Source of the DNA: Fibrobacterales bacterium
GTDB taxonomy: Bacteria; Fibrobacterota; Fibrobacteria; Fibrobacterales; JAOPTW01
DNA: 64,000 nt
Direction of reading: 5' to 3'
Assembly: GCA_051532055.1 (NCBI GenBank)
Contig: JAOPTX010000037.1
Coordinates: 1-64,000 of the forward strand
Part shown: positions 18,034-27,984 of the stretch, one piece after another
Position numbering within the stretch: position 1 is the first letter of the stretch
Layout of the letters: each line of letters starts with the position of its first letter
Notes under the pieces: model-generated
The model's input: only the letters and a program-made list of their open reading frames with translations
Database searches by the model: none
What the model was told of the DNA's origin: nothing
Position numbers and translations under genes: made by a program

Positions 18034-19002
18034 TTAAAACTCCCAGGTAATTTGTAATTCTGGAATCAGTAATTCATTTGGATCTCTGTTAGGCGCCAAT
18101 GAAAGGTTAACGGGGCTGTCAAAATCTGACAAAATTGCATCAACAACAGCATCAGCAATAGAATAAACATAAAAGAATACAGGGCCCCAGATATATTTAT
18201 TCCGAGCCTTTCGTTCATTAGTAAGCTGGGATTTAATATCCTCCAAATCAACAGCCCGTTCTAGTTCTGCAGTCTGTTTTCGCTTTAAGAAGTAACGAAC
18301 TACGCTTTGACTAGAATTGTATGACACATAAGATCCTAAAAATGCCATATACAGTAATCCCGCTTTACCATAGGCTCCATTGTATATTTGACCCCAGCCT
18401 GGTATAAGAGCTGCCTTCCAAGCAGCAGTGATTGGGTCTTTTTTCTCAAAGCTTCGACTCTCGTTATTTTTAAGAGTTTCGTATGCATCCATAATGCTAT
18501 ACAGATACATTCCGGTAAACCAAGCTATTTCACAATTCCGCTGATCTTGTAATTTAACCCGATTATCATTCTCTTTACGCAGTTCATTCAAGGTTGTCGT
18601 TCTGATACCGATACTCACTGAATTTGTCTCTGGATCTTTAGCGATAAGAGTATCAAGAGAGTACAACTTCTCCTTTATATCAGCAATGCGTTCCTCTTGC
18701 TTTTTAGCTTGGTACTTTTTACTGACCCAAATATCAAAACCGAGACCCAAAGTAATGCCCGTAATGAATCCACCATGCACATAGTGCTCAGTATAATAAT
18801 GTCCACCTCCAGGAAAGAGAGAAAGTCCCATGCCCAACCAAAAATTATCATGATCTGTTTTAATATCCCAATCATATGCTGGAAGTGTGTCAATTGCTTC
18901 GATTCCAGATTTATTGAGCTCTAGGTTTTCCTCATTAGTATTTGAGAAAAGTGGAGCATAAAAGAATAGAAGGAGTAAGAGTAGTATCAATTTCATGGCC
19001 AA
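18034..19002 (-). CDS. DUF5683-like membrane/exported protein with two internal repeats
   Basis: SLFPGGGHYY...YSIMDA and ALIPGWGQIYNG..GK...YSIADAVVDA. Confidence 0.6.
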   Translation of the reverse strand: MAMKLILLLLLLFFYAPLFSNTNEENLELNKSGIEAIDTLPAYDWDIKTDHDNFWLGMGLSLFPGGGHYYTEHYVHGGFITGITLGLGFDIWVSKKYQAKKQEERIADIKEKLYSLDTLIAKDPETNSVSIGIRTTTLNELRKENDNRVKLQDQRNCEIAWFTGMYLYSIMDAYETLKNNESRSFEKKDPITAAWKAALIPGWGQIYNGAYGKAGLLYMAFLGSYVSYNSSQSVVRYFLKRKQTAELERAVDLEDIKSQLTNERKARNKYIWGPVFFYVYSIADAVVDAILSDFDSPVNLSLAPNRDPNELLIPELQITWEF

Positions 19003-19091
19003 AAAGATACAAAATTGAACTCAATTTACTTATTAATTTCACAGAATCAGGCGTAGTAGGATCCAATGCAATAAAAAACTACATTTGTACT

Positions 19092-20360
19092 ATGACTCAG
19101 AAGCTCTCTATTATTGCCATTGGCACCGAACTCTTGAATGGAAAAATTCAGGACACGAATACCCATGCTATTGCACGGTTGATGACTGCACACGGGATAC
19201 ATATTTCTCATTCTCTTATTATCCCTGATAACGAGGCAGCCCTTCATAGCGCACTTGACTACTGTATAACATCAGATGCTATAATTGTTACTGGAGGTTT
19301 AGGGCCCACTCCTGATGATCAAACAAGAAACTATATTGCACGGTATCTTAAAAAGGACCTTGTCCAATACCCTGACGCAGTATGCCATATTGAAGAATGT
19401 TTTAGTCGAATGAACCGACCAGTTCTCCCGAATCAATCAGTTCAAACCCTCTTTCCCGAAGGAGCTACACTGCTTGCCAACCCCCATGGTACCGCGCTGG
19501 GCTTCTCTGTATCCCATAGCAACACCATTATATCTGTTGGCCCCGGTGTTCCTCATGAAGTTATTCCAATGGTACGCACCGCGATACTCCCTCTACTCAC
19601 ATCTGGTCACAATGATGAGATTTACACCCGACAACTTCTGAGTTTAAATATTGGCGAAGGGGTGCAAACAGAGCTCCTTGAATCACTCACTCTACCCTCT
19701 GGTGTTGAATTTTCAAGTCTTCCAGAACTTGATGGGCTTCGCCTCTCCTTATCCATGAGTGGATCAATTGAAGAGATCATCCCCATTGTCGATACCACAA
19801 TGGACACGATTATTGCCCTATTTATCAAGAAAGGCTTTGGCGATGAAATTATTTCACTCGATGGTTCATCACTTCTCACAACCCTACAAAAAGACTGTAT
19901 TAAAAATTCTATAACACTCTCTACCGTTGAGTCATGTACCGGAGGCATAATTGGCGGCCTTCTTACTGCACTACCAGGAAGCTCTTGCTACTATTCTGGT
20001 GGGTTTGTAACCTATTCAAATCATCTTAAGACTCAACTGGTCGGTGTATCTCCAAACACTCTGAACGATTATGGCGCCGTCAGTAGCGAAGTAGTACGCG
20101 AGATGGCACTCGGCTGCCAAAAAAGAACATCAAGTGACTATGCTCTGGCAGTTAGTGGAATAGCGGGCCCTGATGGTGGAACGCCAGAAAAACCTGTTGG
20201 CCTCGTATGGATGGCCATTGCCCACCCCAACGGTGTAGATGTTTTTAAACAAAACTTTAGGGGTGACAGAAACTGTCTGAGAGACAAAGTATCTTTTTAC
20301 TTGTTAAACGAACTCAGAAAAAAAATTAACAACTACTCAGATATGCACTTGCACACTTGA
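19092..20360 (+). CDS. cinA: CinA (molybdopterin-binding domain plus NMN deamidase PncC domain)
   Basis: IGTELLNG..DTN, TGGLGPTPDD, ESCTGG, GAVS, SGIAGPDGG..KPVG; directly upstream of recA; start corrected to MTQKL. Confidence 0.92.
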   Translation: MTQKLSIIAIGTELLNGKIQDTNTHAIARLMTAHGIHISHSLIIPDNEAALHSALDYCITSDAIIVTGGLGPTPDDQTRNYIARYLKKDLVQYPDAVCHIEECFSRMNRPVLPNQSVQTLFPEGATLLANPHGTALGFSVSHSNTIISVGPGVPHEVIPMVRTAILPLLTSGHNDEIYTRQLLSLNIGEGVQTELLESLTLPSGVEFSSLPELDGLRLSLSMSGSIEEIIPIVDTTMDTIIALFIKKGFGDEIISLDGSSLLTTLQKDCIKNSITLSTVESCTGGIIGGLLTALPGSSCYYSGGFVTYSNHLKTQLVGVSPNTLNDYGAVSSEVVREMALGCQKRTSSDYALAVSGIAGPDGGTPEKPVGLVWMAIAHPNGVDVFKQNFRGDRNCLRDKVSFYLLNELRKKINNYSDMHLHT

Positions 20361-20377
20361 GCACTAGTTGTTACATT
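20349..20377 (+). promoter_or_regulatory. recA sigma70 promoter overlapped by a Fibrobacter-type LexA box
   Basis: TTGCAC-17 nt-TACATT; TGCACACTTGAGCA (20350-20363) reads TGCTC-AAGT-GTGCA on the minus strand, i.e. TGCNC-N4-GTGCA. Confidence 0.75.
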
Positions 20378-20401
20378 AGATATTAATCAAGCGAGGAATA
20401 C

Positions 20402-21478
20402 ATGGCAAAGAAAAAAGCAACTAAAACTTTAGACGTACCTACAGACAAACTTAAAGCTGTAGAAGCCGCAATGGCACAAATCGAAAAATCTCACGGTAAG
20501 GGATCTATTATGAAACTGGGCGAAGGTGCCGCAGTTGAAATTCCCGTTATATCAACAGGTTGTATTCAACTCGATGCAGCGCTCGGCTGCGGAGGATTTC
20601 CAAAAGGAAGAATCATCGAGATTTATGGCCCAGAATCTTCAGGTAAAACAACACTTGCCATTCATGCAGTAGCCGAAGCTCAAAAGCAGAATGGAGTTGC
20701 TGCATTCATTGATGCTGAACACGCTTTTGATGCAAACTATGCTCGAAAACTTGGCGTTGATATAGAAAACCTTCTTGTTTCACAACCTGAATCAGGTGAA
20801 CAAGCACTTGATATTGCCGAAACACTCGTCAGATCAGGTGCCGTGGACATAATTGTAGTTGACTCCGTTGCAGCTCTTGTACCACAAGCCGAAATAGATG
20901 GCGAAATGGGTGACTCACATATGGGTTTACAAGCACGACTTATGTCACAAGCACTCAGAAAACTCACTGGCATTATTGCCAAGTCAAACTGTTCACTTAT
21001 TTTTATCAATCAACTCCGCATGAAAATTGGTGTCATGTTTGGTAACCCAGAGACAACAACTGGTGGTAATGCGCTTAAATTTTACGCTTCACAGCGTCTC
21101 GATATCAGACGAATTGCATCTCTAAAAACAGGTGAAGATGTTACGGGTAACCGAACTCGTGTTAAAGTAGTGAAAAATAAACTTGCCGCCCCTTTTACTC
21201 AATGTGAGTTTGATATTCTTTACGGTGAAGGCATCTCTAAAGAAGGCTCAATTCTCGATATGGCTGTTGACCTAGAAATCGTTCAACGTAGTGGCACCTG
21301 GTTCTCATTCGGTAGCGAACGCCTTGGTCAAGGTCGCGAAAATGTTCGACAGTTCCTCAAAGAGAATGCTGATATCCGTGCTGATATTGAACTCAAAATT
21401 CGTGAGTCTATGAGTGATATTGAAATGTTTGATGCAGAAGAACGTGTCGAACTTTCAGCGGAGACTGACGCAGAATAA
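20402..21478 (+). CDS. recA: Recombinase RecA
   Basis: [48 protein letters not shown]. Confidence 0.99.
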   Translation: MAKKKATKTLDVPTDKLKAVEAAMAQIEKSHGKGSIMKLGEGAAVEIPVISTGCIQLDAALGCGGFPKGRIIEIYGPESSGKTTLAIHAVAEAQKQNGVAAFIDAEHAFDANYARKLGVDIENLLVSQPESGEQALDIAETLVRSGAVDIIVVDSVAALVPQAEIDGEMGDSHMGLQARLMSQALRKLTGIIAKSNCSLIFINQLRMKIGVMFGNPETTTGGNALKFYASQRLDIRRIASLKTGEDVTGNRTRVKVVKNKLAAPFTQCEFDILYGEGISKEGSILDMAVDLEIVQRSGTWFSFGSERLGQGRENVRQFLKENADIRADIELKIRESMSDIEMFDAEERVELSAETDAE

Positions 21479-21874
21479 CACTATTTATCCCTGAGCTCGC
21501 TTCTCTCCCATCATACCCTGCAAGCTCGGGGATAATATTTTTTAAACCTTGAGTCAGCACAGTCAACATCTCAGAAATTCTGTATATACTGACTGTTGAT
21601 GCGATCCGAGAAGAGTACCTCGCTTCGGAAGCCTTTGGATTTTATTGTCATTCTCCCAATGGACTAGAATTCGCCATAATTCTAATCTTAACTGTATACG
21701 CAATACCAAATGTGCTGGCTCAAACTATTAATTTTTGATATACTGTAGTTTATAAAGGTTGTCACACACTACTTACAGATACATAGTGTATCTACCACGA
21801 CTGTGTAGGCAATATAAATGTATATTTAAGGGTATTCTGGTACACTGACACACAGCAATACAACTAGTAACATT

Positions 21875-22513
21875 ATGATACAACTACTTTTTCTTCTCGT
21901 ATTCATGTTTTCTATCCTCAATGCATCGGGATCGTTAGAAAAATGGCCTCCACTCGAGACATCAGCAGTCGCATCAGTGGAATATTTTGATGACAATATG
22001 CTGTATCATAAATTCTTTGTCTATTGGGAACATACAGATCACCACCCCAAAGATGAATTCATAATTAAAGACACCAACGGTGTGATACATGAAAGAATAA
22101 TATTTGATTCACTCTTAGTCCGCCATGAATTTGAAGATGCTGAGGCCTACCGACTCTTAGCCTTACATCATTTTCGAGAGTCTCTTATGGGATCTGTTTT
22201 ACAGCTAGAAGATCTCCGGCTCATAACGGAATTTAACTTTGGACTGCCAAAAAATGATTCAATCTTCTCTTACTCGTCCTCTTACACAAAAGTAATTACT
22301 CGTCCCAATTCCTTAAAACTCTATTCTCACAAAAATGAATTGAGCAAAATTATGACCTTTTCAGATTATAATAATTTTCATGGATACCGAGTCCCTCAAA
22401 CAATACGTGTTGAAGATGTGAATAATAGTTCAAAGCGTGCCATCATCCACATAGAAAATATAGCAGTAAATGCAAAAGATGCATTGTTACAGCTGCTCCT
22501 ATCCAGAAAATAA
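21875..22513 (+). CDS. Exported hypothetical protein
   Basis: 212-aa ORF with signal peptide; FSDY..F.G..VP C-terminal motif. Confidence 0.55.
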   Translation: MIQLLFLLVFMFSILNASGSLEKWPPLETSAVASVEYFDDNMLYHKFFVYWEHTDHHPKDEFIIKDTNGVIHERIIFDSLLVRHEFEDAEAYRLLALHHFRESLMGSVLQLEDLRLITEFNFGLPKNDSIFSYSSSYTKVITRPNSLKLYSHKNELSKIMTFSDYNNFHGYRVPQTIRVEDVNNSSKRAIIHIENIAVNAKDALLQLLLSRK

Positions 22514-22521
22514 AGTTCTAT

Positions 22522-23475
22522 CTAATTTAAAAATGGGAGATCATTTTGATAGGAAAGATAAATATAGAACTTGTCCTTTTCTGTCACTTCTTTTCGAACA
22601 AGATGGTTCTGGTCATTTAAGTATTCTGAGTTTTTATAAACAACATCAAGACCAAAAATAAAACGATTACAGCTCTGTCGAGAACCAATATGATAAATAC
22701 TTCCTATCCGATAGGAGTTTTTGTTGAGTCCTGTATCGGCATATCTTTTCCATAGGCCATTCTTAAAGCCTTTACTCACATAGCGGTTACTTATAAACAA
22801 ATCGAAAGGACTATGTAATATATTATATCTAAAATCGATTATAAGTGTCACGACCTGATCTCGTTCATACACCGGGATGCCATAATAAAAATCATAATTG
22901 TAGCCATTATTGCTGGTATTTATATCGATTAGAAGATGTTCTATCTCAGCGACAAAAAGCCATTCAGTATAATCAAGCGTAAAACGCGCCTTTGAATTGA
23001 CTGCTTGCAAATTATCGAATGCATCACGTTGATAGAGTGATTCACGGACCAACTCACTATTCCACTTTTGAATGCTATTTTCTGACGGTGCGAGTTGAAT
23101 ACTACTCTGAAGATAGAAAAGCGAAGAATACCCAATTTGAAATTCAAAAAATTCAGATATTTTAATCCCAAGGTCAGTGCCTAAACGAGAAAACCAGGGT
23201 GATTGAGTATAATCAATTCCAAATCTAAGATGAGATTCTTTCAAAAGCCAATGGCTCTTCTGAAATGTTGGTTCAATCCATGTGTACGATACATTCATAT
23301 CTAAATCGGGCAGTGTCTTATTTACATACGGAGAAGAGCCTATAAACAGTTCTGTTGATAAATTATTACCAAATGAGAGTTGGCGAAATGATTCAAATCG
23401 TTGTGAAAAAGTAGTTGATACCGTGATGAACACAATTACAATTAAATATCTACAGTACATGCTTCGTTTACTCAA
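22522..23475 (-). CDS. Hypothetical exported/outer membrane protein
   Basis: 317-aa ORF with signal peptide, rich in aromatic beta strands. Confidence 0.55.
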   Translation of the reverse strand: MSKRSMYCRYLIVIVFITVSTTFSQRFESFRQLSFGNNLSTELFIGSSPYVNKTLPDLDMNVSYTWIEPTFQKSHWLLKESHLRFGIDYTQSPWFSRLGTDLGIKISEFFEFQIGYSSLFYLQSSIQLAPSENSIQKWNSELVRESLYQRDAFDNLQAVNSKARFTLDYTEWLFVAEIEHLLIDINTSNNGYNYDFYYGIPVYERDQVVTLIIDFRYNILHSPFDLFISNRYVSKGFKNGLWKRYADTGLNKNSYRIGSIYHIGSRQSCNRFIFGLDVVYKNSEYLNDQNHLVRKEVTEKDKFYIYLSYQNDLPFLN

Positions 23476-23689
23476 AATGCTTTCATCAAAATGTACTTTA
23501 TTCGGGCGTGATTCACAGAATGAGACTTCTAAAAGTACAATTCTCAGGCACTTTCATTTAACCTGTTAAACAAACAATATGTATGACAAAGAAAAATAGT
23601 TGTTTAGAGAACGCATAGGAGGCGAATTTAATATATTATGAAACACAAACATAATACATACACTTGATATCGAACTAAAAGGAGACTGA

Positions 23690-24091
23690 ATGAAACTAGC
23701 AGTTCTTATCTTAGGAATACTCTTATTTCTTGGATGTTCATCACACAAATCCCCTATCCTTGCTAAACGTGGTGTGGCACCAGATGAACGACCATACGAA
23801 GTTAAACAAGAAGGTTATGGCGTTGACCAGAAAATTAAAAATGCATTCCTTAAGGGGTATGCTGTTGAAGGCATGTCTCAAGTATTAGTACGGTTTTTAT
23901 GGGGCCCTCCCGATATTGAGAAAAAAAATGGCCATGTATGGGAGTACTACACCAAGAAAGGTAAACTTGTAACCCGTATTATCTTTAAGGCATCTGAAAA
24001 GAAAATTTTAGGTCAGGTACCTCTCGTAGTTGCAAGCTTTGAAGGCGACCCATGGGGTGGATCACCACCGCCATCAAGTACCAATTTTTAA
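23690..24091 (+). CDS. Lipoprotein, possibly BamE/SmpA-like
   Basis: AAGGAG SD, lipobox FLGC, GMS..V...WGPP...WEY motif. Confidence 0.7.
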   Translation: MKLAVLILGILLFLGCSSHKSPILAKRGVAPDERPYEVKQEGYGVDQKIKNAFLKGYAVEGMSQVLVRFLWGPPDIEKKNGHVWEYYTKKGKLVTRIIFKASEKKILGQVPLVVASFEGDPWGGSPPPSSTNF

Positions 24092-24107
24092 AGAACATCT
24101 ATAGCAT

Positions 24108-24144
24108 AAAAAAAGCGACTGTCATAGAGACAGTCGCTTTTTTT
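24108..24144. terminator. Bidirectional intrinsic terminator
   Basis: AAAAAAAGCGACTGTC-ATAGA-GACAGTCGCTTTTTTT. Confidence 0.9.
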
Positions 24145-24145
24145 A

Positions 24146-25645
24146 TCATTCTGGTTTCATAAGAGGAAAGAGCAATACATCTCGAATTGTTGGCGAATTA
24201 GTCAAAAGCATCACCATTCGATCGATGCCAATTCCTACACCACCGGTCGGTGGCATACCACTCTCAATAGAATGCAAAAAGTTTTCATCAAGCGGATGAG
24301 TCTCATCTTCACCCCCACGACCTCTTTCAACTTGATCCTCAAATGCTTCACGTTGTTTTATTGGATCATTGAGCTCTGAGTATGCATTACCTATTTCCCA
24401 ACCATTAATATACGGTTCAAATTGTTCCACTAAATCGGGATTTGAACGATGTACCTTACAAAGCGGTGTTGACTCTTTAGGGAAATCAATAATGAAATGC
24501 GGTTGAATCAACTTGTCTTCACAAAGCTCCTCAAAAAGTGCTAAAATTGCACGCCCTCTAGAAAACTCTCCATCCATATGGATTTCATGTTTATCTATTT
24601 CGCCCTTAATTTCGTCATCACTCAACGACTCTACACTTATACCTGCAAACTTCTCAATCGCTTCATAACAAGTCAAGCGAGGCCAAGGTGCTTTCACATC
24701 AATCTCTTGCCCTTGAAAGTTAATTTTGGTAGTGCCGTTAGCTGCAATACATGCTTTTTCATAAATAGTTTCGAAATGTACCATCATGTCATTATAGTCA
24801 GCATATGCTTCATAAAACTCAAGAAGGGTAAATTCAGGATTATGGGTTTTATCCATTCCTTCATTTCTAAAGTCTTTTGCAAATTCAAAAACTCGTTCAA
24901 GCCCTCCAACAATACATCGTTTCAAATAAAGTTCATTTGATACACGCATATACAGTTCGAGACCTGCAGCATTGTGATGAGTTGTAAACGGACGTGCATT
25001 TGCTCCACCATAAATTGACTGTAGAACAGGAGTTTCAACCTCCATGTAATTTAGTCCCACAAGATAGTCACGAATTGATTGAACTATTTTGGTACGTTTA
25101 AAAAAGACCTCACGTACTGAATCATTTAAGGTAAGATCAATATAGCGCTGACGATACCGTGTCTCAACATCTTTAAATTCATCAAATACAGTAACAGTGC
25201 CATCCTCATTTCTCTTCTCTTTAGGAATAGGAAGGGGGCGTACCGCCTTTGAAAGGATCTGCATATTTGTTGCTTTAACACTATATTCACCCTTCTGAGT
25301 GGTAAATAGAGTTCCTTCAACACCAACCCAGTCTCCAATATCAAAGAGTTTCACTACTTCATAGTTCTCTTCACTAACAAGATTTTTCGCAGCGACTACC
25401 TGCATTCGACCAAATTGATCTTTCAAATGCATAAAACACATTTTACCTTTGCGATTATACCGGACAACTCGGCCTGCAAACCTTACAACCGTCTCTGAAT
25501 CATTCAATGATTCTCGTTCATCTAAAAGTTGTTTAGAGCTATGAGACATGTCAAACTTATATGGATAAGGATTTACACCCATCTCACGATATTTCTCTAG
25601 TTTAACTAAACGCGCCTCTACCTGATCATTTTTTTCCATTGCCAT
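24146..25645 (-). CDS. lysS: Lysine--tRNA ligase (class II)
   Basis: RYRQRYIDL, EVETPVL, GGANARPF, FRNEG..THNPEFT, NAYSELNDP, GMPPTGG.GIGIDR. Confidence 0.98.
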   Translation of the reverse strand: MAMEKNDQVEARLVKLEKYREMGVNPYPYKFDMSHSSKQLLDERESLNDSETVVRFAGRVVRYNRKGKMCFMHLKDQFGRMQVVAAKNLVSEENYEVVKLFDIGDWVGVEGTLFTTQKGEYSVKATNMQILSKAVRPLPIPKEKRNEDGTVTVFDEFKDVETRYRQRYIDLTLNDSVREVFFKRTKIVQSIRDYLVGLNYMEVETPVLQSIYGGANARPFTTHHNAAGLELYMRVSNELYLKRCIVGGLERVFEFAKDFRNEGMDKTHNPEFTLLEFYEAYADYNDMMVHFETIYEKACIAANGTTKINFQGQEIDVKAPWPRLTCYEAIEKFAGISVESLSDDEIKGEIDKHEIHMDGEFSRGRAILALFEELCEDKLIQPHFIIDFPKESTPLCKVHRSNPDLVEQFEPYINGWEIGNAYSELNDPIKQREAFEDQVERGRGGEDETHPLDENFLHSIESGMPPTGGVGIGIDRMVMLLTNSPTIRDVLLFPLMKPE

Positions 25646-25646
25646 G

Positions 25647-26736
25647 TTACTCTTCTCCTGTTGCCAGTAAATAAGACTCTATAAAATTCTTTATATTTCC
25701 GTCGAGAACGCCACTTGCATCAGAACTCTCTGTTGCTGTTCTCGCATCTTTGACCATAGTGTAGGGATGCAAAACGTAATTGCGTATTTGACTCCCCCAC
25801 TCAATTTTTTTCTTTTCTGCAAGTTTTGAATCTCGCTTAGCTTCTTCTTCATCACGATAATGCTGATACACAATTGTTTCAAGAATTTTTTTAGCCTTCT
25901 CTCTATTCTGTATCTGAGAACGTTCACTTTGACAAGTCGACACTTTACCTGTTGGAATATGTGTCATACGGACCGCTGAGTCAGTCTTATTAATATGCTG
26001 TCCACCAGCACCACTCGCTCTGTAGGTATCAACCCGTACATCACTGTCTTGAATATCAAAATCAATATCTTCGAGTATCGGATATAAAAAGACCCCAGCA
26101 AATGAGGTATGCCGTCGAGCATTTGAATCAAATGGTGATATACGCACTAACCGATGAACTCCTACTTCGGAGCGAAGATACCCATACGCATATTCAGAGT
26201 CAATCTCCATCGTTACCGACTTAATTCCCGCTTCTTCACCCTCTTGATATTCAAGCACCTTACAGTTCATGCCTTCTTTCTCAAAAAAACGACGATACAT
26301 ACGAACAAGCATCTCTGCCCAGTCTTGAGACTCTGTCCCACCTGAACCAGGGTTAATAGTCATCACAGCAGCTTTGTCATCATCTTCACCACTAAGCATT
26401 CTACGTAATTCAAGTTCGGAAAGAGTCTTTTGCATAGACTCTATATCTTGTTGGATAGAGTCCATAGTTTCTGAATCACCTTCTTCTTTAGCAAGGTCAT
26501 ACATTTCAGAAAAATCGTCGCGATCACCATTGACCTTATCCCAAGGTTCGATCCAATCTTTTAAGGTTTTAATCTTTTTTAAATGAGTCTGAGCTTTTTC
26601 ATTATTATCCCAGAAATCAGGAGCAGTTGAATCCTGCTCCATCACTTTTACCTGTTCACGCATTGTGTCCAGGTCAAAGATACCTCCGTAAATTTTCGAG
26701 TCGCTCTAAGATCTCGCTAAATACTGGTAATGCCAT
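25647..26736 (-). CDS. prfB: Peptide chain release factor 2 with programmed +1 frameshift
   Basis: ATG at 26736 gives MALPVFSEILERLENLRRYL, then CTT TGA C with upstream GGAGG; SPF and GGQ motifs in the +1 frame. Confidence 0.97.
26673..26687 (-). other. RF2 +1 frameshift site
   Basis: GGAGG-TAT-CTT-TGA-C on the minus strand. Confidence 0.95.
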
Positions 26737-26737
26737 A

Positions 26738-27760
26738 TTATCTAAGTCCTGGAATAGAGAGGGCTGCAGGGTCATATGATTTGTCATAATAAACCACAGG
26801 AAACTTTTTCTCAAGAGACTTTAAGTACTCTTCGACTTTACTTTGACGCTTGATCATCTCTTCTTGATAAATGGCTTGTGCAATTAACTCTTTGTAAGAT
26901 TCCAATTTCCCGTCATTTTTTTCGAAGAGGTAGAAAATATGAATACCGAGTGGCGTTTCAAAAGCCTTAGTAATTTTACCTACCTTTAGACCGCGTACTG
27001 CTTTTGCAAATTGTGGTTTCATATCTTTCAAAGTAAAACGACCCATATGGCCACCATTTCTCTTTGCGCCATCATCATCAGAATGCTGTGCTGCAAGACG
27101 ATCAAACTGAGCTTTACCCATCTTTACCTGAGCCGCAAGCCCATTGAGAAACTCTTTCTTTGTCTCTTTACTCTCTTTGGTTTCACCTTTACCCGTTTTC
27201 AGAAGGATTTGAAAACCACTAATGGTATCATTAATAGGAAGCTCTTTTTTATGTTTTGTGTAATATGCTTTGATCTCTTTTTCTGTAGGAATACCTGGTT
27301 CTGTAACCACTTTTCTTAAAAGCTGATCACTTACTACTGACTCCTTTACTTTATCTTTTATATCATTTAAGGTTATTCCCTGCTGCGCGAGATATTTCTC
27401 AACATTCTCTTTACTTTTGAGTTTGTTAACATATAATGCCATTTGTGACTCATATAGGCTATCAACAGTAGTTTGTTTTGGTTTAAGTTTTTGAGATACA
27501 GCTTCTAGTTTAAGAAGTTCTGCACCTACAATATTTTTAACGACAGTGTACTTAATCTGTTCACGAGCCCCCGGTGGCAACTGTTGCCCTCCAGAAGACA
27601 TTTTCTGCTGCTCCTCGATTACCAATATCATGGTATCGATTTTACCCTTTGAAAACTCCATAGCTCCCACTTTGAATACAGGCATTCCAGAGGTATTAAG
27701 GAGTTGTGCTTGTGCAATAGTCACAAGGAATAACGCAATAACGAGCGCGATTTTTTTCAT
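26738..27760 (-). CDS. SurA/PrsA-like parvulin peptidyl-prolyl isomerase
   Basis: Signal MKKIALVIALFLVTIAQA (start corrected); QILLK, F..LAAQHSDD...NGGHMG, KVGKITKAFETPLGIHI. Confidence 0.85.
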   Translation of the reverse strand: MKKIALVIALFLVTIAQAQLLNTSGMPVFKVGAMEFSKGKIDTMILVIEEQQKMSSGGQQLPPGAREQIKYTVVKNIVGAELLKLEAVSQKLKPKQTTVDSLYESQMALYVNKLKSKENVEKYLAQQGITLNDIKDKVKESVVSDQLLRKVVTEPGIPTEKEIKAYYTKHKKELPINDTISGFQILLKTGKGETKESKETKKEFLNGLAAQVKMGKAQFDRLAAQHSDDDGAKRNGGHMGRFTLKDMKPQFAKAVRGLKVGKITKAFETPLGIHIFYLFEKNDGKLESYKELIAQAIYQEEMIKRQSKVEEYLKSLEKKFPVVYYDKSYDPAALSIPGLR

Positions 27761-27984
27761 GAACAATCCAATTGTTATAAGGTTTGAGATATTTGCTCCA
27801 AATATAAGAATTAATGCCCATTTTGGGAAGAAAAGCAAGAATCCAGTACTTCTCCTTCTTTTTTTGATCACATTATCGACAGAGTTTGTAAAATCTCGCC
27901 CCAGAAACAAAGCGAACTCAAGATTCGGAAATTTGAACTTATTTTATTTACTATCTTTGGCTCACTCTTTAAAAAGCCCTCATT

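Noticed and set aside
18942..19091. N-terminal extension of CinA in the ORF track
   Set aside because: Overlaps the divergent gene; homology begins at MTQKL
21575..21760. CTGT-containing motifs as E. coli-type SOS boxes
   Set aside because: None completes CTGT-N8-ACAG, and they lie downstream of recA
27761..27910. N-terminal extension of the PPIase
   Set aside because: The signal peptide starts at ATG 27760; the extension spans the divergent promoter region
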